This document shows positions 10,402 through 21,154 of a stretch of 27,314 nt of DNA, in pieces. The notes under the pieces were generated by a model. That model made no database searches. It had not been told where the DNA came from and saw only the letters and a list, made by a program, of their open reading frames with translations. The translations under genes and the position numbers were made by a program. The DNA is from Octopus sinensis (Eukaryota): the NCBI RefSeq assembly GCF_006345805.1, contig NW_021833406.1, forward strand, positions 1-27,314, read 5' to 3'. Each line of letters begins with the position of its first letter. Position 1 is the first letter of the stretch.

Positions 10402-11439
10402 GATGCTACTTTAGCGTGCGGTCTACCGTAGTATCCTACTTTAGTGTGCCATCTACTGCAGTATCCTACTTTAGCATCGTGGAGGCGCAATGGCCCAGTG
10501 GTTAGGGCAGCGGACTCGCGGTCGTAGGATCGCGGTTTCGATTCCCAGACCGGGCGTTGTGAGTGTTTATTGAGCGAAAACACCTAAAGCTCCACGAGGC
10601 TCCGACAGGGGATGGTGGTGATCCCTGCTGTACTCTTTCACCACAACTTTCTCTCACTCTTACTTCCTGTTTCTGTTGTACCTGTATTTCAAGGGGCCGG
10701 CCTTGTCACTCTCTGTGTCACGCTGAATATCCCCGAGAACTACGTTAAGGGTACACGTGTCTGTGGAGTGCTCAGCCACTTACACGTTAATTTCACGAGC
10801 AGGCTGTTCCGTTGATTCGGATCAACCGGAACCCTCGTCGTCGTAACCGACGGGGTGCTTCCATTCCCACTTTAGCATACGGTCTACCGCAGTATCCTGT
10901 CTTCGCTGTGAAATTACTTTTAGCTTGCGGTCTATCTTTTCTTATCCTTTTATACTTTAGCGTGCAATCTACCTCCACTATAATAACTTTATACTGCAGG
11001 ATGATAAAGACAAATTGAATAATATTGAATAATGATTTACTAATAACTTGTTGATGTCCGTATAATGAAAAAAAAAAAAAAACAGTTACCTTTCCGAATA
11101 GAACGCGAAGTTTGAAACTCTTTCCGAGGAAAGCGAAATATACGCCGGTATTCTCCACTTCTGTCACATTTTCGTTTTCCTTGCATGACGCTACCACATT
11201 AATGACAAGGGTTTGCTTCTAGTGATGTATCCAGAAGATAGTTTTTTTTTGTAAAAATGCAATTGCTGTGTCCTCTGAAAAAATTATTCGTCTTTAGAAA
11301 TCTTTCAACAACATTGTAATGGTTAAAATTAACTCAGGTTATGAGGGTAAGAAAAGGTAGACCGCATGCTAAAAGTAATTTCACAGCGTAGAGAAGATTT
11401 TGCGGTAGACCACTCGCTGAAGTAGGATACTGCGGCATC
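10402..11439 (-). mobile_element. Internally deleted Merlin (IS1016/ISXO2-like) DNA transposon
   Basis: Ends GATGC..GCATC with TSD AGAACTCG (10394-10401) / AGAACTTG (11440-11447). Long imperfect TIRs are built from 30-bp subrepeats (10870-10950 vs 11343-11434). Minus strand ~11280-11050 reads EDTAIAFLQ..PCH*CGSVM..IFRFPRKEFQTSRSIRKGNCFF, like a Merlin N-terminal zinc-ribbon region. Confidence 0.75.
10478..10864 (+). mobile_element. SINE family C, tRNA(Arg-like)-derived, full length
   Basis: A box TGGCCCAGTGG (10491-10501), B box GGTTTCGATTCC (10534-10545), and TCG at the anticodon-like position. Exact TSD ACTTTAGCAT at 10468-10477 and 10869-10878. Confidence 0.92.
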
Positions 11440-11634
11440 AGAACTTGTATGGCTGCATGAACAATGTATGCGTTTTTGTTTTTTACCCATCTTGTACATA
11501 GATCTATTGTTCATTTCTTTCACCATAGATGCTGCGTTATTACATGTATAAATCCACAAATAACAGCTTTATGTCAGCAGTCAATAAAATAATTATGCTT
11601 TAAAGATATTTACTGAATAAATTTTCTCCCGCTT

Positions 11635-12910
11635 CTTAACTATTGCTATACCACTGAGAGAAATCTACATTAAGAGATTAACTGAGAAGATTGAAAGTTG
11701 AGAAAATGAATTGGAAAGTTATCTTTTTTCGACAAACATATGTCGATCTCACCGCCAGATAGCAAGTTCGATTTCAAAACTCACAGATATCAACGCAAAT
11801 GAATGACATGAAAAGATTTAAAGTGAACTGAAGCACGAGTATAAAAAGCGAGATCCGACAGCAATCTGCTGATAATTTTCAAAACGAGCTAAAATTGTAT
11901 TCTAGACTCTATCAATTCTAACAACTTAGGCAAATACGACTAAAAATCGTATGATCTTGATTTAAATACTAACAGCAAAGTATAACTAGACACTATAAAG
12001 AAGACAGATAAGAAAACTAACCAAAACACATGTAACAGCAATAATAACGACTTAGTCACAGAGTTAAAAATTAGCGATCGGATTGAACGTCTTAGTCTAC
12101 GTAAGTCGTATTTAATGTTTAAGGTAATGTTATGGAGGTACTCAAACGTATACTATTTGACCATATAGTTAATAAACTGGATAAAGTCTGCAAAAAAAAA
12201 ATTAGATTTGATAAATACGAGAATTAGGTTAGTTACAAAGTTTATACAAATAGAATTTTAAATGCAGCCATCAAGAAATTTAATAGTATCGAAGGCAAAA
12301 ATCATGCAGATTCATTCAGTTAAATATCTTGAAGATTTACTGATCCATTTCTCGGAGCTTTCTTTTGCAAAGTCTTTAATTCGGTAAATTTCCACATCAT
12401 CATCACATAAACAAAATAGTGTAGTGAATGCTGGGGCCTTTTAAAGCTAAGGGTAGGCTCTAGAAGAAAATCCAAAAGACTGTGTCACATGATCTTATTG
12501 GAAGGTTCTGGTTGATTGGTTGGTTCACACATCGGCGCGAAATAAGTCAAGAGACAAACTGCGTCAATGCCAACCAATCAGAGCAGTGGACACAACAGGG
12601 TCCAAATGGCGGCCAAAAGTTAACTGTTATCTGCTACGACATTATCTGTACGATCTCTTTCGAACAGTGAGGTTATTACCGAGCTATGCTACGAAAGTAA
12701 ACACAAGGAAGTCATTGCTATTTTACGATAATTTTTCGTGATTCAACAAAAAGACATGAAATCAAGGTTATTGGTATATCTTTTGGATTCTTTGATATCA
12801 TGTAAACATCAGATCCTACCGACATATTTAGTCTACACATACTGAAAAATAGAATAAAAGACTCGAACAAAGACATATAAAAAGACGACGGACTCACTAC
12901 ACTATGAAAG
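11635..12910 (+). mobile_element. Highly decayed Penelope-like RT remnant, interrupted at ~12410-12730
   Basis: Pieces in order: IAIPLREIYIKRLTEKIES, KMNWKVIFF, KFDFKT, LKISDRIERL, LDLINTRIR, RFIQLNI..Y*SIS, then FDIM* (12791) and DI*KDDGL (12872-12895; YRDDGL-like RT core). Confidence 0.65.
12480..12712. promoter_or_regulatory. Promoter-like motif cluster (E-box, three CCAAT, E2F, CRE-like, YY1, ETS)
   Basis: GTCACATGA 12484-12492; ATTGG 12497-12501; TGATTGG 12513-12519; GGCGCGAAA 12534-12542; TGCGTCA 12560-12566; CCAATCAG 12574-12581; CAAATGGCGGC 12603-12613; AGGAAGT 12706-12712. Motif evidence only. Confidence 0.5.
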
Positions 12911-12916
12911 GATTGG

Positions 12917-13755
12917 ATGGACAAAGTAAGGAAAACAATTTGGAGATGGTCTAACGAATGGGACCTGTGTCTGAACGTGTCAAAGTGCTGTCATCTGCCT
13001 GTTGGCTCTCCTCCTGCAACTCAACTTGATTTCGAGCCGGGTCGTCTGCTGCTGGAGAGGACCGATCAGGTAAAGGACTTGGGTATCTTGGTGGATTCCT
13101 CCTTTTCGCCTTCGGCCCAGTGCGTCCATGCTGCCAACAAAGCACGCGGAATTCTGTTCTTGATTCGACGGTCATTCGGAATGCTCACAGCAGCCATATT
13201 CCTACCGCTCTATGTCACGCTGGTGAGACCCATATTGGAGTACGGGATTCAAGCCTCTTCTCCTTATCTCCTCAAAAACATACAGCATTTCGAAAGAGTC
13301 CAGAAGCTGGCTACCGCATGGTTCATGGTCTCAAGAATTTGTCTTATGAAGAAAGGCTGAAGACGCTCGACCTTTATTCTCTAGAAAAACGCCGCCGCCG
13401 TGGTGATCTCATTCTCGCTCTCAACATCATAAGCGGAAAGTGTAACCTCTCGAAGGAGCTGTTCTTCACTTCTGCTCCAGAGCGTCGGCTGCGGGGTCAT
13501 TCCGAAAAGCTCTATCTGCGACGATTTCATCTCAATCGAAGGAGAGGGGCTTTCTCCGTCCGGGTTGCGGATCCGTGGAATAAGCTGCCAGACAAGATGG
13601 TGAAGATGCCGACGACCGCTCGGTTCAAAGTCTCCTTGACCTCAAGTGGCCTGAACTCTTTACATGAACACCACCCTGTACATAACTCCATGTCCCCCTA
13701 CATGGCCTTGCTTTTTGCTTTTTGAGCCCCAAAAATTAACTAACTAACTAACTAA
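12917..13755 (+). mobile_element. CR1-group LINE, 5'-truncated 3' end of ORF2
   Basis: WDLCLNVSKC, VKDLGILVD, LYVTLVRPILEY, ERVQKLAT, a frameshift near 13317, then LSYEERLKTLDLYSLEKRRRRGDLI, RLRGH and FSVRVADPWNKLP. (TAAC)n tail at ~13737-13755. Confidence 0.93.
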
Positions 13756-13942
13756 TAATTGGTTTATTCAGATATTTTAATTCAAAAGAACAGTGTAGCT
13801 AGAGTGTGTGCCGCCAGGGGTGGCCGTTCAGTTTGTCGCCTCTGGGCCTCTACAAAAATACATATTGCCTACAGCGGACCTAAAAGTTTGCAATGTTCTC
13901 TCACACACACAAGTCAGTCACACACGCACACGTGTTTTTGTA

Positions 13943-14086
13943 TGTGTGTGTGTGTGTGTGTGTGTGAAAGAGAGAGAGAGAGAGAGAGTCAGTCAAGGGG
14001 TGTGTTGCTATGTATACGTACGAATATAAATACATATGCATACATCTTTTTTGTATGTATGTGAGCGTGTGTGTGTATGTGTGAGA

Positions 14087-14124
<38 letters not shown>

Positions 14125-14300
14125 TGTCCAAGTGGCATTCCCTTTCTTTCTCTTTCTTTCTTTCTATCTTTGTTTGTTTGTTTGTTTGTTTGTTTCTTTC
14201 TTTCTTTCTCTCTCTCTCTCACATACGAAAAAGATATATGTATATTTATTCATGTACGTATACATGACAGCACACCCCTTCTCTCTCTCTCACACACACA
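13943..14300. repeat. Imperfect inverted repeat (foldback) with microsatellite arms
   Basis: 13995-14065 is the reverse complement of 14218-14280, and is flanked by (GT)n(GA)n versus (CT)n(CA)n. Confidence 0.8.
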
Positions 14301-14509
14301 CGTCCATTTCATCTGATGTTTGATACTGTATGTATATGTATGTGTGTGTGTGTGTGTGTGTGTGTACGCGCGCACGTGGGGCATTCTACATCGCCATTTA
14401 TTTCAATCACTCTTGTGAAGATATTCACGTAACTCATATTTTCATTTAATCACCATTTTAATTTTCAAAAAAGTTTCCGAGAACAATGTTCTCACTCTCT
14501 ACAAGAGGA

Positions 14510-14716
14510 GTCGGGGTAGATGTAGATGATCGGTATTCTACTGTGAAGCCAAGACGAGTACAGGTAGCCAGAGTCAATGTTGAATTCTGCAACTCTGTTA
14601 ACTCCATTCAGTGTGTTTACAAATATATAAACAAAGGTTTAGATGCTGCAACATACACTCTTATGCAGAATGGCAGTCAGCAGATAAATAAAAATGGCAG
14701 AAGAAGATACATCAGT
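14510..14716 (+). mobile_element. Second Helitron Rep remnant
   Basis: DVDDR..RVNVEFCNSVNSIQCVYKYINKGLDAA..RYIS aligns with DIDNR..HINVEFCNSVKSIKYVCKYVNKGSHAA..YIS of the 1640-2320 fragment. Confidence 0.85.
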
Positions 14717-14721
14717 ACCAG

Positions 14722-15817
14722 CTGGCAACTAAGTTCCTCTCTCTCAGAGTGAAAGGCAGATTGCGTGATGCTTGTGTGCAAACAGCTATGCTACATGGCA
14801 GTGAAATATGGGCTGTGACAGCTGAGGACATGCGTAGACTTGAAAGAAATGAAGTCAGTATGCGTCGCTGGATTGCAATGTCAGTGTGCATGTTCGACAG
14901 AGTGTAGGCATCTTGAGAAAAGTTAGAAATAAGAGGCATCAGATGTGGTGTGCAAGAGAGACGTATGGGTTGACATGGTCATGTGATGCAAATGGATGAA
15001 GACAGCTGTTTAAAGAAATGCTGACTCCTAACTGTGAAGAGAACCTGTGGTAGAGGTTGACCCAGAAAGACATGGGATGAGGTGGTAAAGAATCATCTCC
15101 GAACTTTAGGCTTCACAAAGGCAATGATAAGTAACCAAGACCTTTGGCAATATGCTGTGCTTGAGAAGACCCATCAAGCTAAGTGAAACCATAGTTGTGG
15201 CCAATGCTGGTGTCACGTTACTGGTACCTGTGCAGGTGGCACGTAAAAAGCAGCTTTTGAGCATTGAGCTTCATGGAGACAAAAGTGGTTGAGCTCCTTT
15301 CGAGTGTTGGGCCTCACAGAGATAATAACCAAGACCTTTGGGATTATATTCTGCTTGAGGAGAAGACCAATGAAGCCAAGTAAGATTACGATTATGGCAG
15401 ATACCGGTGTCATGCAAATAGCCTCCATGCCTGTGGTACGTAAAAGCACCTTTTGAGTGTTGGGTCTCATGGGAGCAAGGACTGAGACCATTTAGCATTA
15501 TGCCATATTTTGAGCATTGGGCCTCATGGAGGCAATGACCGAGTCCTTTCAGCATTATGTCTTGCTTGAGAAGAAAACCCATCAAGCCAAGTAAAACTGC
15601 AGTCGTGACAGACACCGGTGTCACTTAAATGGCACTCCTGCCGGTGGAATGTAAAAGCACCCATTACACTCTCGGAGTGGTTGGCATTAGGAAGAGCATC
15701 CAGCCATAGAAACTATGCCAAATCAGACTGGAGAGTCTGGTGCAGCCTTCCAGCTTGCCAGTTCTGATCAAACCATCCAACCCATGCCAGCATGGACAAC
15801 AGACGTTAAATGATGAT
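14722..15817 (+). mobile_element. RTE-clade LINE, 5'-truncated, with repeat-containing 3' UTR and TGA tail
   Basis: LSLRVKGRLRDACVQTAMLHGSEIW..LERNE..MRRW, later ERRMG*HGHVMQM and GRG*PRKTWDEVV. The 3' end CCAACCCATGCCAGCATGG..GTTAAATGATGAT is shared with other copies. Confidence 0.9.
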
Positions 15818-16131
15818 ATATATACATGTGTGTGTGTGTGTGTGTGTATACATCGTATATCTATATATATTTGAAAGAGAAGCAGAGGGACTACAGTTTG
15901 TCAAAAATATTGGTTAGAGAAACAGAGACAACGTGCATGAATATCCTTCCTAATGAAACAAACTATGAACATTACATGTTTAGCTCACATAAACTCTGTG
16001 CCCAACTAATGTGACTAGGGAGAAATAATGCAAATGAACACTAAAATGCTGTCTAACAATATTCACATACCATGTAAGGTGACAGCAATGTATGCTAGCT
16101 GGTTTTGGTGTCTGTCAAGAAAGTTTCTTAA

Positions 16132-16351
16132 CCCTTTCATTACCAACCCGGTTGAAACCGGCTCTGGCTCTGAGTACAAATGTCTTGTTTTCATAAGTTT
16201 TGAATTAAAATCTTCCACCAAACCTTAGTCACAATTTATGTTCCTAACACTAGCTTAATGATAACCAAGTAATTTTACTAAATTCATTGTTATATTTAAA
16301 GTAATTAAAAGAAACACAGAGCATCTCAAAATAAATACACTAATGAAAGGG
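16132..16351. mobile_element. piggyBac-type MITE (220 bp)
   Basis: Perfect 11-bp TIR CCCTTTCATTA / TAATGAAAGGG, with TTAA at 16128-16131 and 16352-16355. Confidence 0.92.
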
Positions 16352-16593
16352 TTAATAATCATTTTACCACTTTATTATTATTATTTTTTAATAGTAATGA
16401 TGATGGATGAAGAGAAAACATTTGTATTACACTGTTACTGCTGTTTTTGAATGTGGCTCCAATGTTAATAATGTAATACTTATCTCTATAAATGATCAGA
16501 TATATGTATAACATTGGGATTTTGACAACTGCTTTTCTTATAGAACTGAGTAAGAATACTAGAACTATTATACCAGTGATTAGAAAAGATATC

Positions 16594-17649
16594 TGATATC
16601 TCCCGCATTGTGACGATGTGTTTCGTTGTCGGAGTGACCGGTTTGAACAGCGTACCTTGCTGGCTGACATTACTTACTGCGTCTGTCCACTATTAATTAG
16701 CAGTGAAGCAGCCCACTTCTCACCTGGGGGTGTCTGCCACAACACCTCCCCCTTTTGAAAATTTTTTCTTCTTTCGATACATTGTTTTCTTTATTTCTTT
16801 TTCTTCCACACACGGAAATATTTTTCTCATCTTATTCAGAATTTTTCTTGTTCCATGCAGAATGTATTTTATTTTCAAAATGCTGCAGGTGGTACCAATC
16901 TACATTAACATATAGTGACCTGACTTAAAATCTTTGAATGGACTCATTATTATTATTATTTTTTGTTCCAAACAGAACCATATTTTTTTCTTCAAAATGC
17001 CGCAGGTTGTACCAGTCTACATTGTTTATTGGTAGTGCTACTACATATAGCGACCTGACTTAAATCCTTCAAATGTACTTAGATTATTTTTTACTGTGTG
17101 CAGTTGAGTTTTGTGTTAGAGTTCCAATTTTGTCAGACATATTTTTCTTCAGAATCATTTTTTTATATATTTTTCACTGTGTCTATTACTTTTCTCTGTG
17201 TGAAGTTCAATTCTGTGTTAGATTCCCTGTTTTATCTGACATTTTTCTTCAAAATACTTTTTTTTAAATATATTTTTCACTGTGTTTATATCGCTTTTCA
17301 CTGTGTGAAGTTCAATTATGTGTTAGAGTTTTATCTGACAATTTTTTTCTTCAGAATCCTTTTATTTTCTTCTTCAGAATAATTTTTCTTATATATTTTT
17401 CACTGTCTATATATTACTTTCCACTGTGTGAAGTTCAAATCCCACCTCAGGATTTTTAACATTTTTCCACTGCATGAGCTCTGAATCCTTCCTCGTTACA
17501 ACTGATATGTCTCACATTATGATGATGTATTTCATTACCTGCATGACTGGCCAGAACAACGTACCTTGCTAACTGACATTACTTACTGAGTCTGTCCACT
17601 ATTAGGAGTGGACCAGCCCACTTTTCACCTGGGGGTGTCTGCCACAACA
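16594..17649 (-). mobile_element. Non-coding miniature LTR retrotransposon (TRIM-like)
   Basis: Direct repeats 16594-16744 and 17503-17649, both TG..CA. Exact TSD ATATC (16589-16593, 17650-17654). Polypurine tract AAAAGGGGGAGG on the minus strand at 16745-16756. tRNA-Ser-like PBS at 17483-17501. Confidence 0.9.
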
Positions 17650-18715
17650 ATATCTAATGCAGCTACTTAGCAAAGTAATTTGTGTAAAAGATCTGTTTTG
17701 GATTATCTTATCCAAGCAAGCAAACAAGAAAAAGAAATCCTGCAAAATAATGAAAGATATTCAAAAATATATTTAAGCAGGCCCTGCTTTGTTATATAAT
17801 TCATAGCCTACAAAGTGGCTTCCCCCCACCTCTCTCTCTCAATATACATGTTATTACAAAACTCGTTTATGATGTTTGATTAAATGTACATAGAGAATAG
17901 ACTGAATTATAAACAGTACCAAATTCAAACTATATTTTTATATATTCTGACTTTATTTCCCTAGTTTATGAATGTTGTATCAATATTTAATGTTTGTTCA
18001 TGCAAAACATGGAATTACACAGAATTTGGGATTTGACTATACAAGTGTAAAGGAATATACATTTTCATAAGACTTTGAACTTTGAACTTTGAACTCTTTT
18101 TTTATTTCTCAGTTATGACCATACACTTCCCTCTTTTCTTATCTTACCTCATCCTACTTCCTAAAATTAACATCTTGAAAGGTCACCAGCCCTTGTGAGA
18201 AAATGTGTTTATTTACAAATATGTTGATATGTATACAATGGAGAAAAAGAAGAAAAAAAGAAAATACAAGAAAAGCGAAAAGAAAAAATGAAAAATGCTT
18301 TGTAATGAAATTTCAATGGGTTGACCACATCAAATTGAAAAGAAACCACTCTCTCTCTCTTCATCTCTCTCTCCCCCTTTTCCCCTCCCTCTCTCTCTCT
18401 CTATCCTTTCCCCATCCTTTATTATATTTTTCCTCTTTCTTGATAGCCCTGAAACCTCTCTCTCTGTCAAATCCTGCCTCCCGCCCCTGTTTTCTTTCCT
18501 TCTTTCTCCTCTTTTCCTCTCAAAAAGAAAAAATGTTTCTCCCCTTCTGAACAAAGCTAAAAAACATCCGATCCATATAAATCCATCTTGATTTTGTCTT
18601 GATGGGTTCCATAAACAAACGAAAGCACTAATAAAGAATTATCCAAAATTCTGACTGCCTCCTTTTTCTCAATATACAATACCTGTATACCATTTCAAAC
18701 AATCTATACACACAG

Positions 18716-18747
<32 letters not shown>

Positions 18748-18754
18748 ATATGGA

Positions 18755-19038
18755 CGATGCCAGTGCCACCTGACTGGCACCATGGCCAGTGGCACATAAA
18801 AAGCACCATTCAAGCACAGTTTATACCAGTGCCGCCTGACTGACCCCTATGCCGGTGGCATGTAAAAAGCATCCACTACACTCTCAGAGTGGTTGCCATT
18901 AGGAAGGGCATCCAGCTGCAGAAACACTGCCAAATCAGATTGGAGCCTGGTGCAGCCTTCTGACTTGATGATCCTCAGTCAAACTGTCCAAACTATGCCA
19001 GCATGGAAAGCAGACATTAAACGATAATGATGATGATG

Positions 19039-19040
<2 letters not shown>
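18755..19040 (+). mobile_element. RTE LINE 3' UTR fragment with (TGA)n tail
   Basis: Homologous to 15610-15817. Confidence 0.85.
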
Positions 19041-19071
<31 letters not shown>

Positions 19072-19114
19072 ATATTATATATATATATATATATGTGTGT
19101 GTGTATATATATAT

Positions 19115-19299
19115 CACCATGATAGATCGTTAGCCACTACACACAATTTTTTCTCTCCTTGTTTTTTGTGTCACTTTCTGTAGAAGAGCGTAGGGTCGAA
19201 ACATAAAAGACTTTTTCTATTCCTGAACATTATACTAATACATCTGTTTGTTTTGTACACCACCTGTCTTTGTCTTTTGTTTTTTTCATAAACTCTCCC
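19115..19299 (+). mobile_element. Penelope-like terminal-repeat fragment embedded in (TA)n
   Basis: Homologous to 4610-4797; contains GAAGAGCGTAGGGTCGAAAC; (TA)n on both sides. Confidence 0.55.
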
Positions 19300-20477
19300 T
19301 ATATATATATACATACATACTTGTATGGATATATATCTATATGTATATACAATATGAGCTCTAAATATATTTTACAATGTTTAAATATATATGTGTATAC
19401 ACGTTATTCTATGTATGTAATCTATGTATAAATGTATATAGTGGAATTTATAATGTATGTCTCTCTGATGTGAGGTATTTTACAGTCTCTGATAATTCAA
19501 CTCTTACCCAACTCACGTCAGCCACCCACTCTGAAATGAAAACAAAGTTAAAAGAAAGTAAAATTTATGATTCTGTTTCATAATAATAAAAGAATACAAC
19601 AGCAAGAACAACAACAACTATGATGACAACAGCATTAGTGTTGATTATATTTGATGATGATGATGATAATGATGATGATGATGCTGATGATGATGATGAG
19701 GATGAGGATAATGATGATGATGATAAAGGTGTTTTATTTTTATTTCAGAATGTACAAGAAAAAAAAACTACAATGAAACCCCACCATGCATGAACTCTTT
19801 TATATCATAAATCAAACTTGTGGCACCACCCCCACCTCTCTCTCCCCTTCTCTCTCCCACCCCTCTCTCCCTCTTCCTCTCTTTCTTTCTTGTACTTCAT
19901 CTTACCCACCCCACCATCTACCTAACGTTCACCCCTACTGCCATCAACCTTTTATCTCCATTGAACAAAATTAGCCAGTAGCAGTAGTAATAGTAGTAAT
20001 AGTAGTATTAGTATTAGTAGTAGTAATTGTAGTAGTAGTAGTAGTTGTAGTATCCAGGTATCCAAGGTGTAAATGTTTGTGATATCAAACAATATCAGTC
20101 TTGATCAGATAAAAAAAGCCAACCATGCTTGTTTACTTTGTTTTTTTTTTTAATTTTATATAATTTTATTTATTTAATGAAATTTCATAAATTTTTCCCC
20201 CCTCTTTATCCCCCTCTATGTCTTGCTTTTTTTTTGTCATTTCCTCTCTCACACTCTTTCATTCTATTTTTTTTATTTTCTATTTCACATTTAAAAAAAA
20301 TATCTTTTGCAGGGTTTTGTTCTGTTTGTAAAGATAATTGTGAAACACTTCATAATTTTTTTTCTATTTATTTATTTATTTATTTTTTATTTTTGGTGGC
20401 ACTAATGAGATTTTAGAGTGACATCTTAGATCTTTGCAACCCTTAGGTTTTGTTATGTATCATTTTTTTTTACAAAC

Positions 20478-20540
20478 AAATAATAATAATAACAATAATA
20501 ATAATAATGATAATGATAATAATAATAATGATGATGATGA

Positions 20541-20610
<70 letters not shown>

Positions 20611-20702
20611 TTAATAATGATAATGATGATGATAAGAATAATAATGATGATAAGAATAATATTATTAATAATAATAATAAATAATAATAATAATAATAAT
20701 AA
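20478..20702. repeat. (AAT)n/(GAT)n microsatellite
   Basis: Direct reading. Confidence 0.95.
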
Positions 20703-21152
20703 TTTCGGCAGAAGGCCAGAAATTTAGGGGAGGGATTAGGTCAATTGAATCAACTTTAGTTCTTGACTGATACTTTATTATTTTAATGAATCTGGAAGAT
20801 GAAAAGCAAATTTGACCTCTGTGGGAGTTTGAACACTGAATAGGAAGAACCTGAAAAAATACTGAGAGGCATTTACTCAAATTTACTAATGATTCTTATT
20901 TCTTCATTGCCCACAAGAGGCTAAACATAAAGGGGACAAACAAGTACAGACAAAGGGATTAAATCGATTACATCAACCCTAGTGCGTAACTGGTACATAA
21001 TTTATTGCACCCAATAGGATGAAAATCAAAGTCGAACTCAGCGGAATTTGAACTCAGAACATAACGGCAGACGAAATATTGCTAAGCATTCGTCCCAGTG
21101 TTCTAATGATTCTACCAGATCACCGCCTAATGATTCTGTTAGTTCATTGCCA
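20703..21152 (-). mobile_element. Old SINE B copy interrupted by a younger SINE B (20897-21126)
   Basis: The inner copy is the reverse complement of 8172-8400. Exact 11-bp duplication CTAATGATTCT at 20886-20896 and 21127-21137. Confidence 0.85.
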
Positions 21153-21154
21153 TT

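Noticed and set aside
10405-10480. 30-bp repeats as a CRISPR-like array
   Set aside because: They are head-to-tail with no spacers, in eukaryotic context, and are transposon TIR subrepeats.
10484-10556. tRNA-Arg gene
   Set aside because: It continues into a ~300-bp body bounded by a TSD and has no oligo-T terminator, so it is a SINE head.
16594-16665. A/G-biased LTR differences as ADAR or APOBEC hypermutation
   Set aside because: Several differences are CpG transitions, polarity is unknown without a consensus, and the bias is not on the strand expected for editing of element-sense RNA.
19486-19810. Plus-strand two-exon gene end (19486-19557 and 19749-19810)
   Set aside because: The donor is weak (AAA|GTAAAA), the peptide is not recognisable, and stronger splice signals overlap on the minus strand.
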